From the NCBI RefSeq assembly GCF_018917145.1, contig NZ_JAHLOD010000025.1, positions 1 through 53,508 of the forward strand: a DNA stretch of 53,508 bases, in the 5' to 3' direction. The notes beneath the pieces were generated by a model. That model was not told the origin of the DNA, made no database searches, and saw nothing but the letters and a program-made list of their open reading frames with translations. A program made the translations under genes and the position numbers. Source of the DNA: Clostridium bornimense (GTDB lineage: Bacteria; Bacillota; Clostridia; Clostridiales; Clostridiaceae). Shown here piece after piece: positions 19,632-30,389 of the stretch; position 1 is the first letter of the stretch, and each line of letters starts with the position of its first letter.

Positions 19632-20351
19632 TTATTTAATTAAATTTTTATCCCAAATAAAAAGTTGTTCTGCGTTGTTTAATGCACCAAATATATTTCG
19701 TTTAAAACCAGGAATACGTTCATTTAATTCATTTATTAATTCTTTTACATCTTGTCTTTTAGTTTTTCCATCAGCAGGGCATGGATTTTTTATAACAGGC
19801 AAGTTGTATTTTTTTGCAACATTTTTTATAGAACCTTCTGATATGTAAACCATTGGGCGTATTAATGTAATAGTGTTTTTATCCATAAATGTTTTTGGAG
19901 AAAAGCAATTAATGCGACCTTCATAGCTTAATGATAGAATTAATGTTTCTATAGCATCATCTTTATGATGTCCAAGAGCAACTTTGCTACAACCAAGGTT
20001 TTCAGCAGTATTATTAAGTATACCACGTCTAAGTTTTGCACATAAAGAGCAAGGATTCTTTTCTTTTTTTAAATCAAAAACAATTTCTTTTATATCAGTT
20101 TGTATTTCGTAGAAAGGAACTTGAAGTTCTTTACATAAAGAGTGAAGAGGACTATTGTCTACTCCTCCAGGATTAAGAGTTATTGCTATAAGTTCAAATT
20201 TTTCTGGAGAAAATTTTCTATATAAATTTAAAAGATGAAGAAGAGTTAGGCTGTCTTTACCACCAGAGAGTCCTACAGCTATTTTATCGCCATCTTCTAT
20301 TAGATTAAAATCATTTATTGCTTGCCTCATTTTACTAAGAAGTTTTTGCAT
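19632..20351 (-). CDS. ttcA: tRNA 2-thiocytidine(32) synthetase TtcA-like PP-loop ATPase.
   Basis: PP-loop VGLSGGKDS and CxxC motifs (CSLCAKLRRG, NPCPADG). I place the start at the Met preceded by a GAGGTGA RBS (MQKLL) rather than the longer ORF. Confidence 0.75.
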   Translation of the reverse strand: MQKLLSKMRQAINDFNLIEDGDKIAVGLSGGKDSLTLLHLLNLYRKFSPEKFELIAITLNPGGVDNSPLHSLCKELQVPFYEIQTDIKEIVFDLKKEKNPCSLCAKLRRGILNNTAENLGCSKVALGHHKDDAIETLILSLSYEGRINCFSPKTFMDKNTITLIRPMVYISEGSIKNVAKKYNLPVIKNPCPADGKTKRQDVKELINELNERIPGFKRNIFGALNNAEQLFIWDKNLIK

Positions 20352-20523
20352 AGTATCACCTCGTAAATTATTATAATACATATGTTTTACAATTTAAAAT
20401 TAGTATGTAAATAATTTGGTGAATGAATAATTAATATATTTTACATAGGGATAAATTAACTATTCTTATATGCATTGACAATGTGTAATTATAAATTAAT
20501 AATGAATTATAAGGGGTGGTTTT

Positions 20524-22416
20524 ATGGAAAAGTGGTTAGAAAGTATATATAGTGATGGATCAAAATTTTTTGTTAGTAATCCATTACCTAAAAGGGGCGA
20601 GAAGATAAAAATTTTTATAAGAATGTATGATTCGTCACCTGTTAAAGCTGTTATGCTAAGAACTAAGCTGAATGGAATAGAGAATGTATTGAATATGGAT
20701 AAGGAGTTTGTAGAAAATGGATTAGCTTATTATTCTACAGAAGTAACTGTTTATGAAGATGTATTGCATTATCATTTCTATTTAGTAACTGAAGATAAGA
20801 TATATTTTTATAATCAAAAAGAAATCGTAGATTATATGCCAGCAGAAACATATGATTTCAAAATATTAATAGATTATAATCAGCCAAGTTGGGTAAAAAA
20901 ATCTGTATTTTATCAAATATTTCCGGAACGTTTTTGTAATGGTAATACCGAAAATGATGTTAAAACAGGAGAATATTATTTTGATGGATATCCTGCTGTG
21001 AAGATAGAAGATTGGAATGCTGAGCCAAAAGAATATAACGAAAGTCATTGTCTTGATTTTTATGGTGGAGATTTAGAAGGAGTTAAAGATAAAATTCCGT
21101 ATTTAAAAAAGTTAGGTGTAAATGCCATATATATGAATCCGATATTTTATGCAGCTACAGTACATAAATATGATTGCTTAGATTATTTTAATGTTGATCC
21201 TCATTTTGGTGGAAACAAAGCTTTTGCAGAACTAATGGATGAGTTACATAAAAATAATATGAAGTTAATGTTAGATGTATCAATAAATCATACAGGAACT
21301 GCAAATCGTTGGTTTAATAAAGAAGGAATTTTCTTTGATAAAAGTGAAGGTGCATATAATAATAAGAATTCCAAAGAAAGAAAATATTACTTTTTTGATG
21401 ATGATAATAAATATAAGTCTTGGTTTAATGTTGATACATTGCCTACTTTAAATTATACATCAGAAGAACTTAAAGAGATTATCTACAAAGGTGAAAAGTC
21501 ATTAGTAAAGAAGTGGCTTAAACCCCCATATAACATAGATGGTTGGAGATTTGATGTAGCGGATACCATGGCTAGAAATAATGAAATACAATTACATCAT
21601 GAAGTATGGCCAGAAATTAGAAAGAGTATAAAAGAGGAAAATCCTGATGCTTATATTATAGGTGAGGATTGGTGTGATCATAATGAGTTTTTAAATGGTG
21701 ATGAGTGGGATTCGGCGATGAATTATTTTGGCTTTGGAAGACCAGTTAGAAGTTTTTTAGGGGAAACAGACTTCTTTATGAGAGAAAATCCTAATCTTTC
21801 AAATATAAGTTGTAAGATTACATCTAAAAATTTTGCAAATAGAATAAAGGAACATTTATGTAGGTTACCATTTGTAATACAAGAAAATCAGTTTAATTTA
21901 TTTGATAGTCATGATATTTCAAGACTTCATAATAATGAAAAAATAAGTTTTGAAGAATATCGTGGTGCTGTTATTATGCTATTTACGATGATAGGTACTG
22001 CTAATATGTACTATGGTGATGAAGCAGGAATTGATGGTAGATTAAATACAAATGAAGGATGTAGATATCCTATGCCTTGGAATAAAGATATAGAATCAAC
22101 AAAATATTATAAGTTATATTCTAAATTGGCACATTTGAAAACTAGTGAAGAATCACTTCAAGATGGTGGATTCAAGATACTTTCCGATGAAGACTATGTA
22201 TTTTCATATGCTAGATTTACAAGAAATGATTTATTTATAATTATTTTTTCTACTGATGATATGGACAGAAGATTGAAAATACCTGTAAAGATTTTTGGTA
22301 AGGATTCAAAGTCTACTTTAAATGAAGTATTTGGTACAAAGCTAAACTTTATTGTAGAGGGAGAAGAAATAAATTTAGAAGTTAAGGCTCATACTAGTTA
22401 TCTAATAAAATTATAA
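20524..22416 (+). CDS. GH13 alpha-amylase-family enzyme with an N-terminal domain (neopullulanase/cyclomaltodextrinase-like alpha-glycosidase).
   Basis: GH13 conserved regions GVNAIYMNPIF, DGWRFDVAD, IIGEDW and LFDSHD. Confidence 0.8.
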   Translation: MEKWLESIYSDGSKFFVSNPLPKRGEKIKIFIRMYDSSPVKAVMLRTKLNGIENVLNMDKEFVENGLAYYSTEVTVYEDVLHYHFYLVTEDKIYFYNQKEIVDYMPAETYDFKILIDYNQPSWVKKSVFYQIFPERFCNGNTENDVKTGEYYFDGYPAVKIEDWNAEPKEYNESHCLDFYGGDLEGVKDKIPYLKKLGVNAIYMNPIFYAATVHKYDCLDYFNVDPHFGGNKAFAELMDELHKNNMKLMLDVSINHTGTANRWFNKEGIFFDKSEGAYNNKNSKERKYYFFDDDNKYKSWFNVDTLPTLNYTSEELKEIIYKGEKSLVKKWLKPPYNIDGWRFDVADTMARNNEIQLHHEVWPEIRKSIKEENPDAYIIGEDWCDHNEFLNGDEWDSAMNYFGFGRPVRSFLGETDFFMRENPNLSNISCKITSKNFANRIKEHLCRLPFVIQENQFNLFDSHDISRLHNNEKISFEEYRGAVIMLFTMIGTANMYYGDEAGIDGRLNTNEGCRYPMPWNKDIESTKYYKLYSKLAHLKTSEESLQDGGFKILSDEDYVFSYARFTRNDLFIIIFSTDDMDRRLKIPVKIFGKDSKSTLNEVFGTKLNFIVEGEEINLEVKAHTSYLIKL

Positions 22417-22426
22417 TAATACAAAT

Positions 22427-22490
22427 TAGGATACAGTTATAAAGGAATTAGGTGTAAAAACTGTATCCTAGTTTATAATTATTTTATTTT
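22427..22490 (+). terminator. Rho-independent terminator after the GH13 gene.
   Basis: TAGGATACAGTT ... AACTGTATCCTA 12-bp stem followed by a T-rich run. Confidence 0.6.
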
Positions 22491-22618
22491 GTATTAAATA
22501 AAAATTTACAAATTATTAGAAAAAAGAGATTTCAGAACTTTTCAAATATATGTTAAAATAGATATAATACACAATATTTGTTTTATACTGTTTCTATTTA
22601 AAGAAAGGGGAGGGGGCT

Positions 22619-23992
22619 ATGACAACAGTAACAGAAATAAATTTTTCTGAAATCACACCAGCAATTAAAAAATTAAAAGATGTATGCATTAAAAATAGTA
22701 CAATAGAACAAAATCTATATATAGAACATAAGGTTAATAGAGGATTAAGGGACATAAATGGTAAAGGAGTTCTTACTGGATTAACAGAAATCTCAGAAAT
22801 ATGTTCAAAAGAAATTATAGATGGCAAAGAAGTCCCATGTGATGGAAAGCTTTTCTATAGAGGAATAGATATAGAAAGTTTGGTTAGTGGTTTTGTAAAA
22901 GAAAAAAGATTTGGATTCGAGGAAATTGCATATCTACTTATATTGGGAGAATTACCTAATAAGGAACAATTAAAAGATTTTACAGATATATTAGCCGGTT
23001 ATAGAAGTTTACCAACTTCTTTTGTAAGAGATATTATAATGAAAGCACCTAGTTTTGATATGATGAATACCCTTGCAAGAAGTGTATTAACATTATATTC
23101 TTATGATGAAAAAGCTGACGATACTTCAATTGATAATGTATTACGTCAATGTTTACAACTTATAGCAGTATTTCCACTATTATCAGTATACGGTTATCAA
23201 ACTTACGATCATTATTATAATGGCAATAGCTTAATTATCCATACTCCACGAACTGATTTATCTACTGCAGAAAATATTTTATATATGTTAAGACCAGATA
23301 GTAAATATACAGAGTTGGAAGCAAGAATTTTAGATGTAGCATTAGTATTACATGCAGAACATGGTGGGGGAAATAACTCAACTTTTACAACTCATGTAGT
23401 TTCATCATCAGGGACAGATACCTATTCAGCTATTGCCGCTGCATTAGGATCATTAAAAGGGCCTAAGCATGGTGGTGCTAATATAAAAGTAGTAAAAATG
23501 TTTAATGATATGAAAGAAAAGATATCAGATTGGAATGATGAGGATGAAGTTAGAAGTTATTTAAAGGCATTACTTCATAAAGAAGCTTTTGATAAATCAG
23601 GACTTATTTATGGAATGGGACATGCAGTTTATTCTTTATCAGATCCACGTGCTAATATATTTAAAAAATTTGTAAAGAACCTATCAGAGGAAAAAGGTAG
23701 AACAGAAGAATATAATTTATATTCTTTAGTTGAAAAATTAGCACCACAAGTTATTGCAGAAGAAAGAAAAACTTATAAAGGTGTTAGTGCAAATATAGAT
23801 TTTTATAGTGGATTTGTATATAGTATGTTAGATTTACCACTAGAATTATATACTCCTATTTTTGCAATGGCAAGAATTGCTGGATGGAGTGCTCATAGAA
23901 TTGAGGAATTAATAAATACAGATAAAATTATTCGTCCTGCATATATGAATGTAAAGGATCATATGAGATATGTAAATTTGAATAACAGATAA
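22619..23992 (+). CDS. Citrate synthase (classical Si-type family).
   Basis: HAEHGGGNNSTF, GMGHAVY..SDPR and DFYSG are the citrate synthase active-site histidine and aspartate regions. Confidence 0.85.
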   Translation: MTTVTEINFSEITPAIKKLKDVCIKNSTIEQNLYIEHKVNRGLRDINGKGVLTGLTEISEICSKEIIDGKEVPCDGKLFYRGIDIESLVSGFVKEKRFGFEEIAYLLILGELPNKEQLKDFTDILAGYRSLPTSFVRDIIMKAPSFDMMNTLARSVLTLYSYDEKADDTSIDNVLRQCLQLIAVFPLLSVYGYQTYDHYYNGNSLIIHTPRTDLSTAENILYMLRPDSKYTELEARILDVALVLHAEHGGGNNSTFTTHVVSSSGTDTYSAIAAALGSLKGPKHGGANIKVVKMFNDMKEKISDWNDEDEVRSYLKALLHKEAFDKSGLIYGMGHAVYSLSDPRANIFKKFVKNLSEEKGRTEEYNLYSLVEKLAPQVIAEERKTYKGVSANIDFYSGFVYSMLDLPLELYTPIFAMARIAGWSAHRIEELINTDKIIRPAYMNVKDHMRYVNLNNR

Positions 23993-23999
23993 TTTTTAT

Positions 24000-24054
24000 T
24001 TAAGAGAACCACATTATATAGAAATTAATATAATGGTGGCTCTTATTTTATTTT
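24000..24054 (+). terminator. Imperfect hairpin followed by a T-run after citrate synthase.
   Basis: AAGAGAACCACATTATAT...ATATAATGGTGGCTCTT followed by ATTTTATTTTTT. Confidence 0.45.
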
Positions 24055-24101
24055 TTGAAAATAATATAATAAAAATATAATTAAGAAGTGAGGTAGCAAA
24101 A

Positions 24102-24998
24102 ATGAGAATTGGTGTATTAATGGGTGGAATTTCATCTGAAAGAGAAATTTCTTTAAAATCTGGTGAAGAAGTTATAAATAATTTAGATAAAGAAAAATAT
24201 GAAGTAATTCCTATAATAATTGACTCTAAAAAAGATGTTATTGATAAGGTTAAAGATATAGATTTTGCTTTTATAGCATTACATGGTGCATTTGGTGAAG
24301 ATGGTACAGTACAAGGAATATTAGAAACTATGGGTATCCCATATAGTGGATGCGGGGTTCTTTCAAGCTCAATAGCTATGAATAAAGATTTATGTAAAAG
24401 AGTTATGTTATCAGAAAAAATAGATACAGCGCAATGGTTTGTAGCTGGAAGCTTAAAGGAAATTAATTATTATGGAATAAGAAAGATGGGATATCCTGTT
24501 TTTGTTAAGCCTAATAATGGAGGGTCTAGTGTAGCTACAACTCTTGTAGAACGTGAAGAAGATTTAGAAGATGCCGTTAAGGAAGCATTAAAGTATGATA
24601 ATGAAGTTATAATTGAAAAATATATTAATGGAATAGAGATAACATCATTTGTATTAAATGGTGAAGTTATGCCTACAATTTCTATACAAAGTAATGGTAA
24701 AAACTTTTTTGATTATTCATCAAAGTATGATGAAGGTGGCGCAGAGGAAAAAATATTAAGATTAAATAGTCATTTACAAAGAAAAGTTGACAGAATTTCA
24801 CACAAAATATGGAAAGTACTAAGATGCAAGGGATATATAAGAATTGACATGATATTACAAGATAGAATACCATATGTATTAGAAGTAAATACATTACCGG
24901 GATTAACTAGGTCAAGTCTTATCCCTAAGAGCGCTATGGAAAAAGGAATTGATTTTCCTAGTTTATTAGATAAGATGATAGAGTATTCCCTTGATTAA
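24102..24998 (+). CDS. ddl: D-alanine--D-alanine ligase.
   Basis: MRIGVLMGGISSEREISLKSG, HGAFGEDGTVQG and the ATP-grasp C-terminal EVNTLPGLT. Confidence 0.9.
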   Translation: MRIGVLMGGISSEREISLKSGEEVINNLDKEKYEVIPIIIDSKKDVIDKVKDIDFAFIALHGAFGEDGTVQGILETMGIPYSGCGVLSSSIAMNKDLCKRVMLSEKIDTAQWFVAGSLKEINYYGIRKMGYPVFVKPNNGGSSVATTLVEREEDLEDAVKEALKYDNEVIIEKYINGIEITSFVLNGEVMPTISIQSNGKNFFDYSSKYDEGGAEEKILRLNSHLQRKVDRISHKIWKVLRCKGYIRIDMILQDRIPYVLEVNTLPGLTRSSLIPKSAMEKGIDFPSLLDKMIEYSLD

Positions 24999-25016
24999 AA
25001 AGGAGTAAATGAATTA

Positions 25017-26483
25017 ATGTTTCTTTCTAATAAAACTTTTAATGATAATGAGCCTATATATATTCAAATTGAAAATTATATAAAAGGAATTATAGATAAG
25101 AATTTGCTTGCACAAAATTCAAAGTTACCAGCTACAAGAGAAATGGCAAAGTTATTAGGTGTCAGTAGAAATTCAGTAATTACGGCATATGAAAATCTTG
25201 AAGCAGAAGGAATTTTATATACTATAAAAGGGAAAGGAACGTTTATTAGTAATAGAAATACAGATATATCAGTTAAGTGGAATGTATCATGGAACAACTA
25301 TATTAATGAATACGGGACTAAAGCTAGTGAGTTAGATATAGTTAAAAGTGAGATTCCATGGAGTAAAGATCTTATATCATTTAAAAGTATATCACCAGAA
25401 GGAGAACTTTTTAATATAGAAGAAGTTAAAAAGGCATTTTTAAATACAATATCTAAAGAAAATCATAAGATATTAAATTATGGTTATGCAAGAGGGTATA
25501 AACCACTTATGGAATATATTTTAGAATATACTAAAAATAAAGGTATAGATATAAGTAACAAAGATATAATAATTACTAATGGATTTACAGAAGGATTGGA
25601 TATTATTCTGACTTCATGTATTAAAAAAGGAGACAAGATATTATGTGAAAATCCTACACATAATACAGCAATAAAAATGATGAAAGTTCATGGTGCAGAT
25701 ATTGTTCCAGTAAAGGTAAATGAAGATGGCATTGATATAGTAGAGTTAGAGAATGAATTGAAAAAAGGTGGAATTAAATTTGGATATTTAATTCCATCGT
25801 ATCATAATCCTACAGGTATAGTTATTAGTGCAGAAAAGAGATATAGGATATATGAAATTTTTAAGAAGTATAATGTTCCAATAATTGAAGATGGATTTAA
25901 TGAAGAGTTAATGCATAATAGTAGTCATATATCACCATTGGCTGCTTTAGATAAGAATGCAAATGCAGTAGTTTATATATCAAGTTTTTCAAAAATATTA
26001 TTTCCGGGAGTGAGAATCGGATGGATTATAGCTGATAAAGAATTAATTAATATTTTTGAAAGTGTTAAGAGATGTAAAAATATACACACATCTTTTTTAG
26101 ATCAAGGAATATTATATGAATATTTATGTAATGGAATTTTTAAAAAGGATATAAAGAAAATTCGTCGCATATATAAGGAAAAGTATGACTTTGCTTTTAA
26201 ATGTGTAAAAGAATATATAAAGCCTTCATTTATATGGGGAGAAGGGGGACTTCATATTTATATAGGTATAAATAATATAAACTCTAGGGAACTTCTTGAA
26301 AAATGCTATGAGAAGGGAGTTATATTTATGCCAGGAGATATTTTTTCTTTAGATAATAGTTGTGATAATACTTTAAGATTAGGATTATCTAGGTTGTCTT
26401 TAGATGATATAGAAAAAGGTATAAAGGTTATAGGAAAATGTGTTGAGGAGTTAAGAAATAAAGACATAAATATAAAAGTATGA
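25017..26483 (+). CDS. MocR/PdxR-type regulator: an N-terminal GntR winged-helix fused to a fold-type-I aminotransferase-like domain.
   Basis: HTH LPATREMAKLLGVSRNSVITAYENLE followed by an ~380-aa AAT-like domain carrying the PLP-lysine region SFSKILFPGVRIGW. Confidence 0.85.
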   Translation: MFLSNKTFNDNEPIYIQIENYIKGIIDKNLLAQNSKLPATREMAKLLGVSRNSVITAYENLEAEGILYTIKGKGTFISNRNTDISVKWNVSWNNYINEYGTKASELDIVKSEIPWSKDLISFKSISPEGELFNIEEVKKAFLNTISKENHKILNYGYARGYKPLMEYILEYTKNKGIDISNKDIIITNGFTEGLDIILTSCIKKGDKILCENPTHNTAIKMMKVHGADIVPVKVNEDGIDIVELENELKKGGIKFGYLIPSYHNPTGIVISAEKRYRIYEIFKKYNVPIIEDGFNEELMHNSSHISPLAALDKNANAVVYISSFSKILFPGVRIGWIIADKELINIFESVKRCKNIHTSFLDQGILYEYLCNGIFKKDIKKIRRIYKEKYDFAFKCVKEYIKPSFIWGEGGLHIYIGINNINSRELLEKCYEKGVIFMPGDIFSLDNSCDNTLRLGLSRLSLDDIEKGIKVIGKCVEELRNKDINIKV

Positions 26484-26670
26484 TATACTATAATTAATCT
26501 ATTATGAAAGGAAGTGGTTTTTATGTTATTAGTTAGAAGTATTGTTTTAAAAATTAATAGTAAAGAAAAAACCACTTGTCTGTAAAAATATTTATATTGA
26601 TTACATTGTCGTGGCTTTTTAGTTGCGACTTTTTTATTTTTACAGAATCATAATAAGGAGAATATGGTAT

Positions 26671-27738
26671 ATGAACAAAGTAGAAATAATAGCAAATAGT
26701 AAGTGTTGGATAGAAGATAATGCAAAAAATCAACTCAATGCAATAAGTAAGTTAAACGGTGTAGAAAGAATAGTAGGGCTTCCAGATCTACATGCTGGAA
26801 AGATTCCTATTGGTATAGCAGTAGCAACAAAAGGTGTTATATATCCCCATATAATAGGTGGAGACATAGGTTGTGGTATGACGCTTATCAAAACTGGTAT
26901 TAAGAATAAAAAGTTTAAAATTGATAGATGTGTGAAAAAATTAGAAAAGTTAAGAGGATTAGAAAAATTAGAAATTGAAAATCCGTATGAAGACGAATCA
27001 CCAATTTATCCATTAGGAACCATTGGTGGAGGAAATCACTTTGCAGAATTTCAAAGTTTAAATAAAATTTATGATAAAGAAGAATGGGATAAACTTAATA
27101 TATGCGATGATGATATATTTTTATTAATTCATAGCGGATCAAGAGGATATGGTGAAAAAATATTAGATGAATATGATGTTTTTGGAGGATTAAATCCAGA
27201 AAGTGAATTAGGAAAAGCTTATATAGAAAAGCATGAACATGCAGTAGTTTGGGCAGAGAGAAATAGAAAATTAGTTGGAGATAAATTACTAGATTATTTA
27301 GGTTATTCCGTTGAAAGAGAATGTATTATTAGTTGTAATCATAATTTTCTTGAGAAAGATGGAGAATTTTATATTCATAGAAAGGGTGCTACTTCAACTA
27401 AAAGTGGTGCAGTTATAATACCAGGGTCTAGGGGGGATTTAACTTATTTAATTATGCCTAAAGCTAATACAGAGAAATCATTATCATCATTATCACATGG
27501 AGCGGGTAGAAAATGGCCAAGGTCATTATGCAAAGGAAGATTGGAAAAGAATTTTACATTAGAAAATATTAAATCAAACAAATTCAATAGTAGGATTGTA
27601 TGTAAAGATGTAGAACTAATTTATCAAGAGTCACCAAAGGCATATAAAAAAATTGAGGACGTTATAGAATCTTTAGTAGAATTTGAATTAATTACAGTAA
27701 TAGCGACATTTAAGCCAGTACTTACATTTAAAGGGTAG
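26671..27738 (+). CDS. Small RtcB-family RNA ligase-like protein (the size class of release-factor-H-coupled RtcB2).
   Basis: RtcB metal and GMP-histidine motifs GLPDLHAGK, GGNHFAEFQ, IHSGSRG, HNF and SHGAGR. The AAGGAGA RBS selects the ATG at 26671. Confidence 0.75.
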   Translation: MNKVEIIANSKCWIEDNAKNQLNAISKLNGVERIVGLPDLHAGKIPIGIAVATKGVIYPHIIGGDIGCGMTLIKTGIKNKKFKIDRCVKKLEKLRGLEKLEIENPYEDESPIYPLGTIGGGNHFAEFQSLNKIYDKEEWDKLNICDDDIFLLIHSGSRGYGEKILDEYDVFGGLNPESELGKAYIEKHEHAVVWAERNRKLVGDKLLDYLGYSVERECIISCNHNFLEKDGEFYIHRKGATSTKSGAVIIPGSRGDLTYLIMPKANTEKSLSSLSHGAGRKWPRSLCKGRLEKNFTLENIKSNKFNSRIVCKDVELIYQESPKAYKKIEDVIESLVEFELITVIATFKPVLTFKG

Positions 27739-27805
27739 GGGTACAATTGATTTAAGTAGCAGTTTGGATTATAATGTAATAATTAGAAATGAGGTGTTTA
27801 AAGCT

Positions 27806-28636
27806 ATGACTCTAAAAAAACAAAAGAAAATCGCTATAGTAAATGACATGACTGGCTTTGGAAGATGTTCAATAGCAGCACAATTACCAATAATATCGGC
27901 AATGAAAATTCAATGTTGTCCATTACCTACAGCAGTATTATCTGCACATACTGGTTTTCCAAGTTTCTTTTTTGATGATTATACTTCTAAGATGAAGGAG
28001 TATATGAATAATTGGAAGGAACTAAATATTAGTTTTGATGGAATTGCTACAGGTTTTTTAGGATCAAAAGAGCAAATTGATGTTGTTGTTGAATTTATGG
28101 AGAAGTTCAAGGATAATAATACTATAGTTGTTGTTGATCCTGTAATGGGTGACTATGGAAAGTTATATGCAACATATACCAAAGAAATGTGTAATGAAAT
28201 GAAAAAGTTATTAAAATATGCAGATATAATTACTCCAAATTTAACAGAGGCTTGTAGACTTCTAGATATAGAATATCCTAAACGACAATTAAGTGAGAAA
28301 GAGCTAGAGGAAATAGCAAAAGCTCTTTGTAAAAAGGGACCTGATAAAGTTGTTATAACAGGACTTCAATATGATGGAGAAATACAAAACTTTGTTTATG
28401 AAAAAGATAGTGGGTATAATGTTGTTAATGTAAAGAAGATTGGTGAAGATAGATCTGGAACAGGAGATGTTTTTACTTCAATTATAATATCTAGTGTTGT
28501 AAAAGGTACGTCACTTGTAGATGCTGTAAAAAAGGCAACTGAATTTATAAGTAAAACTATTAAGTATACAGCTGAGCTTAATACTCCAGTTACTGATGGA
28601 CTATGTTTTGAAGAATATTTAACAGAATTAAAATAA
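27806..28636 (+). CDS. pdxK: Pyridoxal/pyridoxine/pyridoxamine kinase (ribokinase superfamily).
   Basis: IAIVNDMTGFGRCS, VVDPVMGD and DRSGTGDVFTS (the anion-hole GTGD). I place the start at the Met after the GAGGTG RBS. Confidence 0.8.
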   Translation: MTLKKQKKIAIVNDMTGFGRCSIAAQLPIISAMKIQCCPLPTAVLSAHTGFPSFFFDDYTSKMKEYMNNWKELNISFDGIATGFLGSKEQIDVVVEFMEKFKDNNTIVVVDPVMGDYGKLYATYTKEMCNEMKKLLKYADIITPNLTEACRLLDIEYPKRQLSEKELEEIAKALCKKGPDKVVITGLQYDGEIQNFVYEKDSGYNVVNVKKIGEDRSGTGDVFTSIIISSVVKGTSLVDAVKKATEFISKTIKYTAELNTPVTDGLCFEEYLTELK

Positions 28637-28654
28637 TTTTAGGGGGATATATAT

Positions 28655-29296
28655 ATGGTTATATTATATACAGCTAAAAATGGAGAATATACAAGCCTTC
28701 AAGGGCAAAGTAATATTAAGGATAATGTTTATGTTAATTTAACTAATCGTTGCCCAGCAGCATGTACTTTTTGTTTAAGAAACACAAAAGAAATGGCAGA
28801 GTCAAATAGCTTATGGTTAAAGAAAGAACCAACAAAAGAAGAAATTATATCAGAATTTGATAAATATGATTTAAGCAATGTTAAGGAAGTTATATTTTGT
28901 GGATTCGGTGAACCGATGGAAAGAGTCTACGATATAGTTGAAATTGCTTCATATGTAAAGAAGAAATACAATGGTATGTCTATTCGTATAAATACTAATG
29001 GACTAGCTAATTTAATTCATGAAAAAGATATTACACCATTACTTAAAGGATGTATAGATACAGTTTCAATAAGTTTAAATGCTTCTAATGCAGAAGAGTA
29101 TTATAAAATAACTCGTAATAAGTTTGGAATAAAATCTTATGATGAAATGTTAAAGTTTGCAGTAGAGTGTAAAAAATATGTGCCTAATGTTGTAATGACT
29201 GTAGTGGATTGTATTGGTGAAGAAGAGATAGAAGCTTGCAGGAAAGTATGCAATAAAATAGGATTGCCATTAAGAGTGCGTCCGTTTGAAGAATAG
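28655..29296 (+). CDS. Small radical-SAM protein (Cx3Cx2C), function unknown.
   Basis: NLTNRCPAACTFCLRN cluster and a GFGEP glycine-rich SAM motif, in a 213-aa protein. Confidence 0.7.
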   Translation: MVILYTAKNGEYTSLQGQSNIKDNVYVNLTNRCPAACTFCLRNTKEMAESNSLWLKKEPTKEEIISEFDKYDLSNVKEVIFCGFGEPMERVYDIVEIASYVKKKYNGMSIRINTNGLANLIHEKDITPLLKGCIDTVSISLNASNAEEYYKITRNKFGIKSYDEMLKFAVECKKYVPNVVMTVVDCIGEEEIEACRKVCNKIGLPLRVRPFEE

Positions 29297-29304
29297 AAGA
29301 GTAT

Positions 29305-29360
29305 AAAAGGAGTTATCATTAACAAAAGAAGGTTTGTTAGAGATAGCTCCTTTTATAATT
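29305..29360 (+). terminator. Rho-independent terminator after the radical-SAM gene.
   Basis: AAAAGGAGTTATC...GATAGCTCCTTTT followed by a T-run. Confidence 0.5.
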
Positions 29361-29517
29361 CAATCAATTTGCAATTTAATCAGTTTAGATAATCTGCTAT
29401 ATATACTGATATTTTATGTTATAAACAATTTTATTTTGTTTAAATTATAAAGAAAAATGTATATCTAGGTAATACAGTTTTCATACTAATATTATATAGA
29501 AGTGGAGGAGATATAAA

Positions 29518-30249
29518 ATGAAAAAGTTAGTTTTAATTAGACATGGTGAAAGTCTTTGGAATCTAGAAAATAAGTTCACTGGATGGACTGATGTAGATTT
29601 ATCAGAAAATGGACTTAGAGAAGCAAGAATGGCGGGGAAGATACTTAAGGAGAATGGCTTTCAGTTTGATATAGCATATACATCTGTTTTAAAAAGAGCT
29701 ATAAGAACATTGTGGATAGTATTGCATGAGATGGATTTAATGTGGATACCAGTTTATAAGTCTTGGAAGCTTAATGAGAGACATTATGGTGCACTACAAG
29801 GGTTAAACAAAGCAGAGACTGCAGAAAAATATGGTGAAGAACAAGTTCATAAGTGGAGAAGATTTGTAGATGTAAGACCACCAGAATTAACTAAGGATGA
29901 TCCAAGGTATCCTGGACATGAATTTAAATATCATGATTTAAATGAAAGTGATTTACCACTTACTGAAAATTTAGCTGATACAGAAAAGAGAGTTCTACAA
30001 GAATGGAATGAGAATATAGCACCAAATTTGAAAAAGGATAAAAGAATTATTATAGCAGCTCATGGGAATACATTAAGAGCATTAGTAAGATATTTGGATA
30101 ATATATCTAGTGATGGAATTGCTGATTTGAATATACCTACAGGAACTCCTTTAGTATATGAGTTAGATGATGATTTAAAACCTATAAGAAGTTACTATTT
30201 ATCTTTAGATGGTAAGGTATCTAAAGATGTTATACCAAAACATATATAA
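29518..30249 (+). CDS. gpmA: 2,3-bisphosphoglycerate-dependent phosphoglycerate mutase.
   Basis: [25 protein letters not shown] and [11 protein letters not shown] are histidine phosphatase signatures. Confidence 0.9.
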   Translation: MKKLVLIRHGESLWNLENKFTGWTDVDLSENGLREARMAGKILKENGFQFDIAYTSVLKRAIRTLWIVLHEMDLMWIPVYKSWKLNERHYGALQGLNKAETAEKYGEEQVHKWRRFVDVRPPELTKDDPRYPGHEFKYHDLNESDLPLTENLADTEKRVLQEWNENIAPNLKKDKRIIIAAHGNTLRALVRYLDNISSDGIADLNIPTGTPLVYELDDDLKPIRSYYLSLDGKVSKDVIPKHI

Positions 30250-30255
30250 TTTTAA

Positions 30256-30300
30256 TAGGGATATTTATTTTAATAGAATATCCCTACTGTTTTGTAATTT
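30256..30300 (+). terminator. Rho-independent terminator after gpmA.
   Basis: AGGGATATTT-loop-GAATATCCCT followed by a T-rich tail. Confidence 0.55.
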
Positions 30301-30389
30301 TATGTCGAAATAAAACAAAAAGTTGAAAAATTCGTCAAAATACCTTATAATTGTATTTATTTAGAAATACAACCTTATGAGGTGAAGAT

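Noticed and set aside
19624-19848. 74-aa plus-strand ORF.
   Set aside because: It lies antisense inside ttcA.
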